NCBI GenBank assembly: GCA_964016885.1
Contig: OZ024741.1
Coordinates: 17,360,001-17,424,000, forward strand
From: Eledone cirrhosa
Taxonomy: Eukaryota
Reading direction: 5' to 3'
DNA length: 64,000 nt
Below, piece after piece: positions 1 to 14,130 of the stretch. Position 1 is the first letter of the stretch. Each line of letters opens with the position of its first letter. Both the position numbers and the translations under genes were made by a program. The notes under the pieces were generated by a model. That model was given only the letters and a program-made list of their open reading frames with translations. It did no database searches and was not told where the DNA came from.

Positions 1-3000
1 CATAGACATACATATATAGATATACATAGACATATATAGACATACATCGACATACATAGACATACATAGATAGACATAGACATATATAGACATATATAGA
101 CATACATAGACATACATAGATATACATAGACATACATAGACATACATAGACATATATAGATATATATAGACATACATCGACATACATAGACATACATAGA
201 CATACATAGACATATATAGATATATATAGACATACATAGACATACATAGACATGAATAGTCATACATAGACATACATAGACATACATAGACATACATAGA
301 CATACATAGACATATATAGACATACATAGACATACATAGACATATATAGATATACATATATAGATATACATAGATATACATAGACATATATAGACATATA
401 TAGACATATATAGACATACATCGACATACATAGACATACATAGACATATATAGACATATATAGACACATATAGACATACATCGACATACATAGACATACA
501 TAGACATACATAGACATATATAGACATATATAGACATATATAGATATACATAGACATATATAGACATATATAGACATATATAGACATATATAGACATACA
601 TAGACATACATAGACATACATAGACATACATAGATATATATAAACATACATAGACATACATAGAGATATATAGACATACATAGACATACATAGACATACA
701 TAGGCATACATAGACATATATAGACATACATAGACATACATAGACATACATAGACATATATAGACATACATAGACATACATAGACATATATAGACATATA
801 TAGACATATATAGACATACATAGACATACATAGATATATATAGACATACATAGACATACATGGACATACATAGACATATATAGACATACATAAATATATA
901 TAGACATACATAGACATACATAGACATACATAGACATACATAGTCACACATAGACACACATAGACATACATAGACATACATAGACATACATAGACATATA
1001 TAGATATATATAGACATATATAGACATACATAGACATATATAGACATACATAGACGTACATAGACATATGTAGATATATATAGACATATATAGACATACA
1101 TAGACATATATAGACATACATAGACATACATAGACATATATAGCCATTTATAGACATATATAGACATACATAGACATATATAGACATACATAGACATACA
1201 TATATAGATATACATAGACATATATAGACATACATCGACATACATAGACATACATAGATAGACATAGACATATATAGACATATATAGACATACATAGACA
1301 TACATAGATATACATAGACATACATAGACATACATAGACATATATAGATATATATAGACATACATCGACATACATAGACATACATAGACAAATATAGATA
1401 GACATATATACATATATAGATATACATAGACATACATAGACATACATAGACATACATAGACGTACATAGACATACATAGACATACATAGACATATATAGA
1501 CATACATAGACATACATAGACATACATAGACATACATCAACATACATAGACATACATAGACATACATAGACATATATAGACATACATAGACATATATAGA
1601 CATACAGAGACATATATAGACATATATAGACATATATAGACATACATAGACATATATAGACATACATAGACATATATAGACATACATATACATATATAGA
1701 CATATATAGACATACATAGACATACATAGACATATATAGACATACATAGACATACATAGACATACATAGACATATATAGACATATATAGACATACATAGA
1801 CATACATAGACATACATTGACATACATAGACATGCATAGATATACATAGACATACATAGATATACATAGACATACATAGACATATATAGACATACATAGA
1901 CATACATAGACATACATAGACATACATAGACATACATAGACATACATAGACATACATAGACATATATAGACATACATAGACATATATAGACATATATAGA
2001 CATACATAGACATACATAGACATATATAGACATATATAGACATACATAGACATATATAGACATACATAGACATACATAGACATATATAGACATAAATAGA
2101 TATATATAGACATACATAGACATACATAGACATACATAGACATATATAGACATACATAGACATATATAGACATATATAGACATACATAGACATACATGGA
2201 CATACATAGACATATATAGACATATATAGACATACATAGACATACATAGACATACATAGACATACATAGACATACATAGACATATATAGACATATATAGA
2301 CATATATAGACATACATAGTCATACATAGATATATATAGACATACATAGACATACATAGACATACATAGACATACATAGACATATATAGACATACATAAA
2401 TATATATAGACATACATAGACATACATAGACATACATAGACATACATAGTCACACATAGACACACATAGACATACATAGACATACATAGACATACATAGA
2501 CATATATAGATATATATAGACATATATAGACATACATAGACATATATAGACATACATAGACGTACATAGACATATATAGATATATATAGACATATATAGA
2601 CATACATAGACATATATAGACATACATAGACATACATAGACATATATAGCCATTTATAGACATATATAGACATACATAGACATATATAGACATACATAGA
2701 CATACATATATAGATATACATAGACATATATAGACATACATCGACATACATAGACATACATAGATAGACATAGACATATATAGACATATATAGACATACA
2801 TAGACATACATAGATATACATAGACATACATAGACATACATAGACATATATAGATATATATAGACATACATCGACATACATAGACATACATAGACATACA
2901 TAGACATATATAGATATATATAGACATACATAGACATACATAGACATGAATAGTCATACATAGACATACATAGACATACATAGACATACATAGACATACA

Positions 3001-6000
3001 TAGACATATATAGACATACATAGACATACATAGACATATATAGATATACATATATAGATATACATAGATATACATAGACATATATAGACATATATAGACA
3101 TATATAGACATACATCGACATACATAGACATACATAGACATATATAGACATATATAGACACATATAGACATACATCGACATACATAGACATACATAGACA
3201 TACATAGACATATATAGACATATATAGACATATATAGATATACATAGACATATATAGACATATATAGACATATATAGACATATATAGACATATATAGACA
3301 TACATAGACATACATAGACATATATAGACATACATAGACATATATAGATATACATAGACATACATAGACATACATAGACATACATAGACATACATAGACA
3401 TATATAGATAGACATATATACATATATAGACATACATAGACATATATAGACATATATAGACATACATAGACATACATAGACATACATAGACATACATGGA
3501 CATACACAGACATATATAGATAGACATATATACATATATAGACATACATAGACATACATAGACATATATAGACATACATAGACATATATAGACATACATA
3601 GACATATATAGACATACATAGACATACATAGACATACATAGACATACATAGACATATATAGACATACATAGACATATATAGACATACATAGACATACATA
3701 GACATACATAGACATACATAGACATATATAGACATACATAGACATATATAGACATACATAGACATATATAGACATACATAGACATATATAGACATACATA
3801 GACATACATAGACATATATAGACATACATAGACATACATAGACATACATAGACATATATAGACATACATAGACATATAAAGACATACATAGACATACATA
3901 GACATACATAGACATGTATAGACATATATAGACATATATAGACATACATAGACATACATAGACATACATAGACATATATAGACATACATAGACATATATA
4001 GACATACATAGACATACATCGACATACATAGACATATATAGACATACATAGACTTTATAGACATATATAGACATACATAGACATATATAGACCTATATAG
4101 ACTTATATAGACATATATAGACATACATAGACATATATAGACATATATAGACATACATAGTCATACATAGACATACATAGACAAACATAGACATACATCG
4201 ACATACATAGACATACATAGACATACATAGACATATATAGACATATATAGACATACATAGACATACATAGACATATATAGACATACATAGACATATATAG
4301 AGATACATAGACATACATAGACATACATAGACATACATAGACATACATAGACATATATAGATATATATAGACATATATAGACATACATAGACATATATAG
4401 AGATACATAGACATACATAGACATACATAGACATACATAGACATATATAGATATATATAGACATACATACACATATATAGACATATATAGACATACATAG
4501 ACATACATAGACATACATAGACATACATAGACATATATAGACATATATGGACATACATAGACATACATAGACATACATAGACATACATAGACATACATAG
4601 ACATACATAGACATATATAGATATATATAGACATATATAGACATACATAGACATACACAGACATACATAGACATATATAGACATATATAGACATACATAG
4701 ACAGATATAGACATACATAGACAGATATAGACATACATAGACATACATAGACATACATAGACATACATAGACATACATAGACATACATAGACATACATAG
4801 ACATACATAGACATACATAGACATATATAGACATACATAGACATATATAGAGATACATAGACATACATAGACATATATAGACATACATAGACATACATAG
4901 ACATATATAGACATATATGGACATACATAGACATACATAGACATACATAGACATACATAGACATACATAGACATACATAGACATATATAGATATATATAG
5001 ACATATATAGACATACATAGACATACATAGACATACATAGACATATATAGACATACATAGACATATATAGACATACATAGACATACATAGACATACATAG
5101 ACATACATTGACATATATAGACATACATAGACATATATAGACATATATAGACATACATAGACATACATAGACATATATGGACATACATAGACATACATAG
5201 ACATACATAGACATACATAGACATACATAGACATACATAGACATACATAGAAATATATAGACATACATAGACATATATAGAGATACATAGACATACATAG
5301 ACATATATAGACATACATAGACATACATAGACATACATAGACATACATAGACATACATAGACATATATAGACATATATAGACATATATAGACATACATAG
5401 ACATATATAGACATATATAGACATATATAGACATACATAGACATACACAGACATACATAGACATATATAGACATATATAGACATATATAGACATGCATAG
5501 ATATACATAGACATACATAGACATACATAGACATATATAGACATACATAGACATACATAGACATATATAGACATACATAGACATACTTAGACATACATAG
5601 ACATACATAGACATATATAGACATATATAGACATATATAGACATATATAGACATACATAGACATACATAGACATACATAGACATATATAGACATATATAG
5701 ACATACATAGACATACATAGACATACATAGACATACATAGATATATATAGACATATATAGACATATATAGACATACATAGACATACATAGACATATATAG
5801 ACATATATAGGCATACATAGACATATATAGACATATATAGACATATATAGACATACATAGAGATACATAGACATACATAGACATACATAGACATACATAG
5901 ACATACATAGACATATATAGATAGACATAAACATATATAGACATACATAGACATATATAGACATACATAGACATACATAGACATACATAGACATACATAG

Positions 6001-6560
6001 ACATACATAGACATACATAGACATATATAGATATATATAGACATACATAGACATATATAGACATATATGGACATACATAGACATATATAGACATACATAG
6101 ACATACATAGACATATATAGACATACATAGACATACATAGATATATATAGACATATATAGACATATATAGACATATATAGACATACATAGACATATATAG
6201 ACATATATAGACATATATAGACATATATAGACATACATAGACATACATAGACATATATAGACATACATAGACATACTTAGACATACATAGACATACATAG
6301 ACATATATAGACATATATAGACATATATAGACATATATAGACATACATAGACATACATAGACATACATAGACATGTATAGACATACATAGATAGACATAT
6401 TTAGACATACATAGACACACATACATAGACATACATACATACATAGACATACATAGATAGACATATATAGACATACATAGACACACATACATAGACACAC
6501 ATACATAGACACACATACATAGACATATATAGACATACATAGACACACATACACATTTGT
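1..6560. repeat. 10-bp satellite (CATAYATAGA)n with internal higher-order duplications
   Basis: Continuous CATACATAGA/CATATATAGA units. Diagnostic variants recur at fixed offsets, e.g. ORFs 944..1147 and 2450..2653 give identical translations. Confidence 0.97.
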
Positions 6561-6797
6561 ATTTGTACATGCAGACATAGTAGTGATATCTCCTGTCTAC
6601 TGTGGCCTCTATATTGGTCATTGAGGCACATACACACACTTGTACTTGTACATGCACACAGACGTTCGATTACACTATACACAAAGGCACACACACACAC
6701 GCACATAAACACACACTCACACACACATATATAAACACATACACTAACTCACACACACACACGCATACACACACACTCACGCATAAACACACAAACA

Positions 6798-6854
<57 letters not shown>

Positions 6855-6977
6855 CTATATATATAAGTTGCAGAGAAACCATGTCAGTAACCAGGTCGTA
6901 CATAATGCGACGAAAATTATGATATCAAGAAATATCTAAATATAATGTGAAGTTAACACAATTTATTATATACATAA

Positions 6978-7162
6978 ACGGTGGATTGGTAGTATCGGTA
7001 GAGAGTCGGACGCCATGCTCTGCAGCAAAGAGTTACGGCCCTTTATGGTCTGAGTTCAAATCCCGCCGAGGTTAACTTTGCCTTTCATAATTACGGGGTC
7101 GATAAAATAAAGTACCAGTAATACACTGGGATATTTGCTGGCCTTGAAAGTAGAAACAATTA
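6978..7162 (+). mobile_element. tRNA-derived SINE (cephalopod-type, family 1)
   Basis: A-box-like TGGTAGTATCGG, B-box GAGTTCAAATCC, body GCCTTTCAT..GGGGTCGATAAAATAAAGTACCAG. Related copies occur at 26730, 32897, 33521 and 56200. Confidence 0.8.
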
Positions 7163-7834
7163 TATACATATGTATAGAGAAAGTGCTCAAGCGCAGAAAT
7201 GCTATAAAGATAGCTTATAAAATAGGGTGAAAAGCCTTAAAAGACGGAGAGATATGTTGCCATTGGCCTCTATGAGGAAATGAACCCCACGTCTTCCAGA
7301 TGCTAAAATATATATATTCATACACACACACACCCATAAACAGACACAGACACACACGCACACACACACACAGACACCCCTCTCCCCCACACATATATAT
7401 ATATTGAAAAATTAATATATTGAAAAATCAATCCCGTCATTCAAAACTATACCCAAACCCTCTCAGCAAAGCAACAACCATTCTGCACCAAATTACAGGT
7501 ATGGGGAGACGGATGTCATCTGGCAGTAGCCGTCATATCACGTGGTTTCTATATAACTCTACACCAACCACTCCTTCTTTATGAAATTCGTATTGCATCC
7601 ACGTATAATCAATAAAAATATGGTTAAGATTGTACCTCCATATATAGGACAGAGAAGCGACAGATGGTGGGAGATATTGTTAGAAGGGGAGGTGAAGAAA
7701 AGGACGAGTGAAGGGGGAAAAATACAGAGTGTGAAGGCAATGTGTTACCATAATAATTGTATCTAAAATAGATATATAGACATTTGGGTGGGGCTGGGGC
7801 TGTCTAAGTGAATTAATTCCTCCCGAGTATATGA

Positions 7835-7976
7835 CTGCTACTTCATTTATCGATCCAGAAAGGAAGAAAGGCAAAGATGATCTCTGTGAGATTGGAATCC
7901 AGAACGCAAGAAACTGGTAGAAACTGGTAGAAACACAAAAATACATTAGTCCAACGCTCTACCGAGTCTTCCAACT
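7835..7976 (-). mobile_element. degenerate SINE family 1 copy
   Basis: Reverse complement shows eroded CTTTGCCTTTC..GGATCGATAAATGAAGTAG body. Confidence 0.5.
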
Positions 7977-8089
7977 ATCAAATGTTGGATTTTGTTGTTT
8001 GAGTATTGTTTTGAATATTTGTTTGAATATATGTTTGAGTATTGTTTTGTCCTTCCCAGGAATAAGTGAGCGAATAATAATAATAATAA

Positions 8090-11000
8090 GAAATACCGGG
8101 ATGGCGGCCGGCGGGGAATAGCCATGTCTCTAGGGGAGAACGACCCCTCTAGTCTTGGTTGACACTCGTTCTAGAAGTGGTAACACGAAATGATTACCCC
8201 TTGGCGGATAAGGATAAAACGCGACAAAATAAAGTAGATGTCTAATGATGAAATCTCATACCGGATCGGCCGTCACCCGGGTAAAAAAGGGCCGCGTCCC
8301 TCAGAGAGGAACCAGACTGGGGTCGAAAAATCAGCTAACGGTTCAAACCTTCCCATCACTTCGGAGCTGGAGACCTCCCATAACCGGAATACTCCTACTG
8401 TTGGCCCTCCATGCTCACCACCAAGAAATCCAAAGAAAAAGAGAGAAAAATGGTCAAGGGAAGATAATAAAGAAGTCCTTGAGGCTTTCTACACTGCCAT
8501 GTACTACCCATCAAATACATCGAATACAGAACAAACATATATCAACTGGAAAAAGAAACATCCCGAAAACAGAGGCTATATTGACAGTAACAAACTAGCC
8601 AATATACGAAGAAATATTGTAAGAAAAAAGTTACTAACTGATATAGAAATTGATCAGATCAAGCTAGTAGCACAAAGTCAGCGAAGGGAAAATGAAGCAT
8701 GTGTCAGTGAAAACGAGGTAAACTGTAACACTTCGAATCCCAGGGTTGGGGCGGAATCACTGGCAACAGAACAAATTAAAGAAAGGAGCGAAAAAGTGGA
8801 GGGAGTGCATGCTCAGGATGAAACTCCAAATGAAAATAATGAGATCGTAAATGATAAAGAAATGAATGAGAATGAACTTGCCAACTTGAAGGATGAAATT
8901 ATGATCGAATGGATGAAAATGAAAGAATCTGACATGGAGGAACGAGACACCCTCCCTAAGATCCAGAACTCCAAACAGAACCAAAAGATAATACACAAGA
9001 CTAACATAATCCTCAAAAACATTATCATCACAAACAAACTAAACATTACTGACTTAAATCATCTCTATTATGCATCGGCTAAAGTCACCACTCACTTATG
9101 TGGAGTGAAGATGAAAAAACAAAGGAATTCCCACAAGAAATCTACTTGGCAAGATAACATCAATCGCCAAATAAACCTTCTCCGATCTGACATAGTAATT
9201 TTAACAAACTATAAAGTAGGTGAACATGTTAAACAAACTAAACTTAGAAAATTGAAAAAAAAGTACAGTATAAGATCAACATGTGACATAGACATGCTGA
9301 TAGAAACAATCAAGCAAAAAGTGTCGGCCAAAGCTGCTCGTATAAGGCGCTTTGAAAAACGATCTAGATTCTATAAGGACAATAATATGTTCAAAAACAA
9401 CCAAAGAAACTTCTACAGAAAAATTGGTAAGTCAACAATAACTGCTAAATCAATACCACCCAAGGAGGAAGTGCAAGAATTCTGGGAAAAGATCTGGGCC
9501 GAAGAAAAAGTTCATAACATACATGCCCCATGGATAGACAGACAAATGAAAGAAACAGCTCACCTTGAAGAACAAACATGGGAAAATATAACAGTTGAAC
9601 AGCTGCGCTTGGCTCTAAGAAAAACCAGCAAATGGAAATCCCCAGGAAAAGACAAAATACAAAACTTTTGGATAAATGCCTTCACAGAGTCTCATGAGCT
9701 GTTAGCCCAACTTTACAATGAAATAGTTAAGGAGCCAGAAAAGATACCATCATGGCTAGTTAACGGCATTACATTCCTGCTACCGAAGAATGATGAGACA
9801 AACAATCCCAAAAATTACAGACCGATAACCTGCTTGACCACAATGTATAAAATGTTAACATCAGTCCTAACTGAATACACATATGACCACCTGATAACAA
9901 ATGACCTATTTCCCATTGAGCAGAAAGGGTGTAAACGAGGCTCATATGGCTGTAAGGATCAGCTTCTGGTTAACAAAATGATACTGGAAGATTGTCATAA
10001 TAGACACAAAAATCTATTGATTGCTTGGATAGATTATAAAAAAGCATTTGATAGTTTGCCACACAGTTGGATTGAAAAATGTTTAGAGATTTTCAAAATA
10101 TCCCCCGTTGTCAGGAGGTTTTTGTCATTCAGTATGAGGACATGGAGAACGACACTCCTTTTGAATAGTGAAACAAAATCACTGGAAGCTGGAGAAGTTA
10201 ACATTAATTGTGGAATTTTTCAGGGTGACTCTTTATCACCGCTTTTATTCTGCATCGCACTTATACCATTAAGTAAAATGCTCAATGAAACAAAACATGG
10301 ATATAGAGTCTATGACAAAACCATTAATCACCTGTTCTACATGGATGACCTGAAACTATTTGCAAAAAATGATGAACAATTGCAAGGGCTATTATCCACT
10401 GTGAAGCAGTTCAGTGATGACATTAAAATGGAGTTTGGACTGGATAAATGCGCCAAAGCAACGTTCACCAGAGGAAAGCTGCTGAAGAGTTCAGACATTA
10501 ATCTTGATCGGGGGAACGTGATAAGAGAGCTTGATCAAGAACAAACTTACAAATATCTAGGTGTTTGTGAAGGAGACGGAATCAAGCACTCGACAATGAG
10601 GGAAAGGATAAGGAAGGAATGTTACCGCAGAGTCAGAGCAATCTTAAGAACGGAATTGAATGCAAGGAATAGGATCGATGCCATAAACACGCTTGCCATA
10701 CCAGTAGTAACCTACAGTTACAATGTCATCAACTGGTCAAGCACAGAGATCCGTAGGCTCGATACAAAAATCCGAAAATTCTTAACCATGCACAGAATGC
10801 ATCACCCTAAGGCAGACATAGATAGAATATATCTCCCTAGGAAAGAAGGAGGACGTGGGTTAATCCAGTTAGACATTGCGTTGAAAACTGCAACAATTGG
10901 ATTATCCACATATCTAAGGGAATCACATGATTGGATGATCAAACTCGTTTTGAAACACGAAAGCACCAAAAGATCATATTCCATTACAAAAGATGCACAA

Positions 11001-12030
11001 AGATACAGTAATGGACTACAAATTTCAGAAGTCCCATTTACTGCTGAAATGGAAAACACAGAAAAAGCAAAGCAGGTAAAAGTAACTGCAAAGAAAGAAC
11101 TGCTACAGAAACTGGCTAAGAAATGGCAAGAAAAGCCTCTGTATGGAAAATACCCAGAGCGAGCTAACAATCCTGATGTTGACAAAACTTTAACCCATCA
11201 GTGGTTGGCATCCTCTGGACTGAAATCGGAGACTGAAGGACTGATTATATCCGCACAAGATCAGTGTCTGCCAACAAAAAATTACCAAGCCAACATAATA
11301 AAAAATGGGTGCAGCCCATTATGCCGTGTATGCAAAAAACAACCAGAGACCATTGACCATATAATTTCAATGTGCAGTCCTATAGCTCCAACCGAATACC
11401 TAAACAGGCATGACAGAGCTGCACAATACATACATTGGATAATGTGTAAGCATTTTGACCTGCCCCATCAAAAGAATTGGTGGGAGCATCAACCACCTCC
11501 CATACTTGAAAAAGATCACATCTCAATCTTGTGGAACTTTAGCATCCAAACAGACCGAAAAATAGATGCAAATAGACCTGATATAATATTGAAGGACTTT
11601 CAAAGGAGGGTATGCCTGCTAATTGATATGTCTGTTCCAATAGACAAGAATGTATCTATAAAAACATTTGAAAAATTGAGCAAGTATAAGGACCTGGAGA
11701 TAGAAATTGGAAAAATGTGGAAATTGAGAACTAAAACAATACCAGTGGTTGTAGGCGCTCTGGGAATGATACCTAAGGGGTCTAACGACTACTTATCGCA
11801 AATCCCAGGAAACCCGCGTATAGGAGAAATACAAAAGATAGTACTAATGGGAACTGCCCATATACTAAGGAAGATCCTGTCAATATAAGTACATCACAAG
11901 TCTAAACACTAAGGATGCATGTGTGAATATGTATGTTCTTTCTTGAACATGGCGGACCTTGTTGTCTCTTGAGGTCACTGGTTGTGACTTGGTGATAACT
12001 CGTATAAACATAAAGCAAGATAAATGCAAA
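8090..12030 (+). mobile_element. full-length R4/Dong-clade non-LTR retrotransposon (RT + restriction-like endonuclease) inserted in (TAA)n
   Basis: Single long ORF with short UTRs, flanked by (AAT)n at 8073-8089 and 12029-12046. TAA targeting is established for Dong-type R4 elements. Confidence 0.9.
8238..11888 (+). CDS. R4/Dong-type retrotransposon polyprotein, 1216 aa (Myb-like N-terminus, RT, CCHC knuckle, RLE)
   Basis: RT motifs KSPGKD, NYRPITCL, WIDYKKAFDS, GIFQGDSLSP, FYMDDLKLF; CRVC..ETIDHIISMC knuckle; RHD, RPDII..LIDMSVP, K..KYKDL endonuclease motifs; no internal stops. Confidence 0.95.
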   Translation: MSNDEISYRIGRHPGKKGPRPSERNQTGVEKSANGSNLPITSELETSHNRNTPTVGPPCSPPRNPKKKREKWSREDNKEVLEAFYTAMYYPSNTSNTEQTYINWKKKHPENRGYIDSNKLANIRRNIVRKKLLTDIEIDQIKLVAQSQRRENEACVSENEVNCNTSNPRVGAESLATEQIKERSEKVEGVHAQDETPNENNEIVNDKEMNENELANLKDEIMIEWMKMKESDMEERDTLPKIQNSKQNQKIIHKTNIILKNIIITNKLNITDLNHLYYASAKVTTHLCGVKMKKQRNSHKKSTWQDNINRQINLLRSDIVILTNYKVGEHVKQTKLRKLKKKYSIRSTCDIDMLIETIKQKVSAKAARIRRFEKRSRFYKDNNMFKNNQRNFYRKIGKSTITAKSIPPKEEVQEFWEKIWAEEKVHNIHAPWIDRQMKETAHLEEQTWENITVEQLRLALRKTSKWKSPGKDKIQNFWINAFTESHELLAQLYNEIVKEPEKIPSWLVNGITFLLPKNDETNNPKNYRPITCLTTMYKMLTSVLTEYTYDHLITNDLFPIEQKGCKRGSYGCKDQLLVNKMILEDCHNRHKNLLIAWIDYKKAFDSLPHSWIEKCLEIFKISPVVRRFLSFSMRTWRTTLLLNSETKSLEAGEVNINCGIFQGDSLSPLLFCIALIPLSKMLNETKHGYRVYDKTINHLFYMDDLKLFAKNDEQLQGLLSTVKQFSDDIKMEFGLDKCAKATFTRGKLLKSSDINLDRGNVIRELDQEQTYKYLGVCEGDGIKHSTMRERIRKECYRRVRAILRTELNARNRIDAINTLAIPVVTYSYNVINWSSTEIRRLDTKIRKFLTMHRMHHPKADIDRIYLPRKEGGRGLIQLDIALKTATIGLSTYLRESHDWMIKLVLKHESTKRSYSITKDAQRYSNGLQISEVPFTAEMENTEKAKQVKVTAKKELLQKLAKKWQEKPLYGKYPERANNPDVDKTLTHQWLASSGLKSETEGLIISAQDQCLPTKNYQANIIKNGCSPLCRVCKKQPETIDHIISMCSPIAPTEYLNRHDRAAQYIHWIMCKHFDLPHQKNWWEHQPPPILEKDHISILWNFSIQTDRKIDANRPDIILKDFQRRVCLLIDMSVPIDKNVSIKTFEKLSKYKDLEIEIGKMWKLRTKTIPVVVGALGMIPKGSNDYLSQIPGNPRIGEIQKIVLMGTAHILRKILSI

Positions 12031-12046
12031 TAATAATAATAATAAT

Positions 12047-12311
12047 TGGGAGGTAAAAAGGATTTGGAACTGCCATGAAGTCAAAGTGATCCCGATTGTC
12101 ATAGGCGCACTGGGGACTATCTCCAAAAGTTTCCAGGGATGGTTAAAGAAAATCGGCCCCTTCACGCTTTTTGGAACGCTTCAAAAGGCATGCTTGCTGG
12201 GAACAGCAAGAACCCTCCGATACGTCCTGAATATCTGAGGCTGCAGGTAGTGGCTTGATATTCATTCCAACGGACTTTCCAGTTAACCAACATCAATGAC
12301 TGAGATTCAAG

Positions 12312-12312
<1 letters not shown>
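12047..12312 (+). mobile_element. short 3' fragment of a second R4/Dong family
   Basis: Nearly identical to 12903-13168 (three substitutions seen); followed by (AAT)n at 12313-12353. Confidence 0.9.
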
Positions 12313-12353
<41 letters not shown>

Positions 12354-12354
<1 letters not shown>

Positions 12355-13168
12355 GTACCTTCTTTGAGAAAACTGAATTTAGAGATCCACAGACATGGAA
12401 CTGGTTGAGAAGAGGAGACCTCAAAAAGGCTACAGAAGGAATGCTAATGGCTGCGCAAGAGCAGGCCCTCAAAACGAAGTGGCTGAAACACCATATTTAC
12501 AAGGAGGAGGCTAGCCCACTGTGCAGGATCTGTGGAGAGAGAGAGGAGACTGTGGTTCACATTGTATCCGAGTGTAAACACCTAGCCCAGACTCACTATA
12601 AAGGCTGGAGACATGATGTGATGGGCAAGGTGATCCACTGGCACCTGTGCAAGGTAAACAATTTACCACATTCTGAGAAATGGTATGAGCATAGGCCAGA
12701 GGCGGTGATGGAGAACAATCAGGTGAAGGTGCTGTGGGATTTTAGGATACAGACGGACAAAAAACTGGAACACAATAGACCTGACCTGGTGGTTGTGGAC
12801 AAAGAAAAAAGATCGTGTCTGATTGTGGATGTGGCCTGCCCTTTCGACACGAGAGTGCAAGAGAAGGAGAGGGAGAAAATTAACCGATACCAGGACCTAA
12901 AGTGGGAGGTGAAAAGGATTTGGAACTGCCATGAAGTCAAAGTGATCCCGATTGTCATAGGTGCACTGGGGACTATCTCCAAAAGTTTCCAGGGATGGTT
13001 AAAGAAAATCGGCCCCTTCACGCTTTTTGGAACGCTTCAAAAGGCATGCTTGCTTGGAACAGCAAGAACCCTCCGATACGTCCTGAATATCTGAGGCTGC
13101 AGGTAGTGGCTTGATATTCATTCCAACGGACTTTCCAGTTAACCAACATCAATGACTGAGATTCAAGG
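12354..13168 (+). mobile_element. 5'-truncated R4/Dong element (second family); ORF 12405..13094 encodes CCHC + RLE
   Basis: TEGMLMAAQEQAL, CRICGEREETVVHIVSEC, RHD, NRPDLVVVD, IVDVACP, KINRYQDL, PIVIGALG; (TAA/CAA)n tail at 13169-13195. Confidence 0.92.
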
Positions 13169-13429
13169 AATAACAACAATAATAATAATAATAAGAAGAA
13201 GAAGAAGAGAAGGAGTATCGTTTTGATCTTTTGTATAAACATAGAAGACATTTAATCTACTGTAGGCACAGACACACACACACAGAAACATACGCACACA
13301 TGAATACACACACATACACACACTTATACAATACTCTACATATGTCGAGTTCTCATTTGCAGGTTACTATGATCACACAATAAGAGCCTAATAGATACAT
13401 ACATACAGAGTCACACATGTATATATAAA

Positions 13430-13530
13430 GGGTATAGAATTGGATTAGCAATCGTGAGGTTGTGAGCTCGATTCCTGGACCAGGTGATGCGTTATATCCT
13501 TGAGCAAGACACTTTATTTCACGTTGCTCC
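13430..13530 (+). mobile_element. 5' part of tRNA-derived SINE family 2
   Basis: B-box-like GAGCTCGATTCC then TCCTTGAGCAAGACACTTTATTTCACGTTGCTCC, matching the copy at 21899-22216. Confidence 0.6.
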
Positions 13531-13626
13531 TTCTACCTGAAGTTGCGACCGATAGATAGTATTAGCAACTGGAAAGACCAATGGAAACATTGTTTCCTCG
13601 GTCCGATTTAACGAAAGTCCATCGTT

Positions 13627-13681
<55 letters not shown>

Positions 13682-13809
13682 AACTATATATATATATACA
13701 TCCATATATAAATACACACATATGTTGGCACTAAAACTAACTCAGCTGTGTTATGATGCGCTGTCTCTATAAATCGATCACTTACGCATCTCATTAACGT
13801 CAGTAATAA

Positions 13810-14000
13810 GCGCCGTCTAGCGGCAGTAGCAACGCCCCCTGTCGGTTGCACCTGAAGACAGTGAAACATGCACACTGGAGAAGATTTATCTGCTGACTAC
13901 TGAGCTGTAGTTATAAATCAAATGAGTGCACCAGAGAACAGCGCCCTCTATTGGCTAACAGAGGTACAACAACAACAACAATGACAACAACAACATGGCG
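13810..14000 (+). promoter_or_regulatory. cluster of three co-oriented CTCF-like motifs plus a YY1-like motif
   Basis: GCGCCGTCTAGCGGC (13810), CGCCCCCTGTCGGT (13833), GCGCCCTCTATTGGC (13941), CAACATGGCG (13991). Motif resemblance only. Confidence 0.4.
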
Positions 14001-14088
14001 ATGTCATCATGTAATGTGCTGTGATGTTCGTTAGTGAACTGAAACATTGTAGAGAATGTACACACACTCACTCTCTCATACACACACA

Positions 14089-14130
<42 letters not shown>

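Noticed and set aside
260-6724. Long ORFs up to 805 aa (MSMYVYVCLC..)
   Set aside because: Translations of a 10-bp satellite that lacks stops on one strand; open in all three frames.
6978-7075. tRNA gene-like A/B boxes
   Set aside because: No cloverleaf; the sequence continues into a repeated SINE body.
8090-8237. HDV-like ribozyme in the R4 5' UTR (GAC-CCCTCTA-GTC resembles P3/L3; AGAAC/GTTCT resembles P2)
   Set aside because: No convincing P1, P1.1 or catalytic J4/2; simple hairpins explain it equally well.
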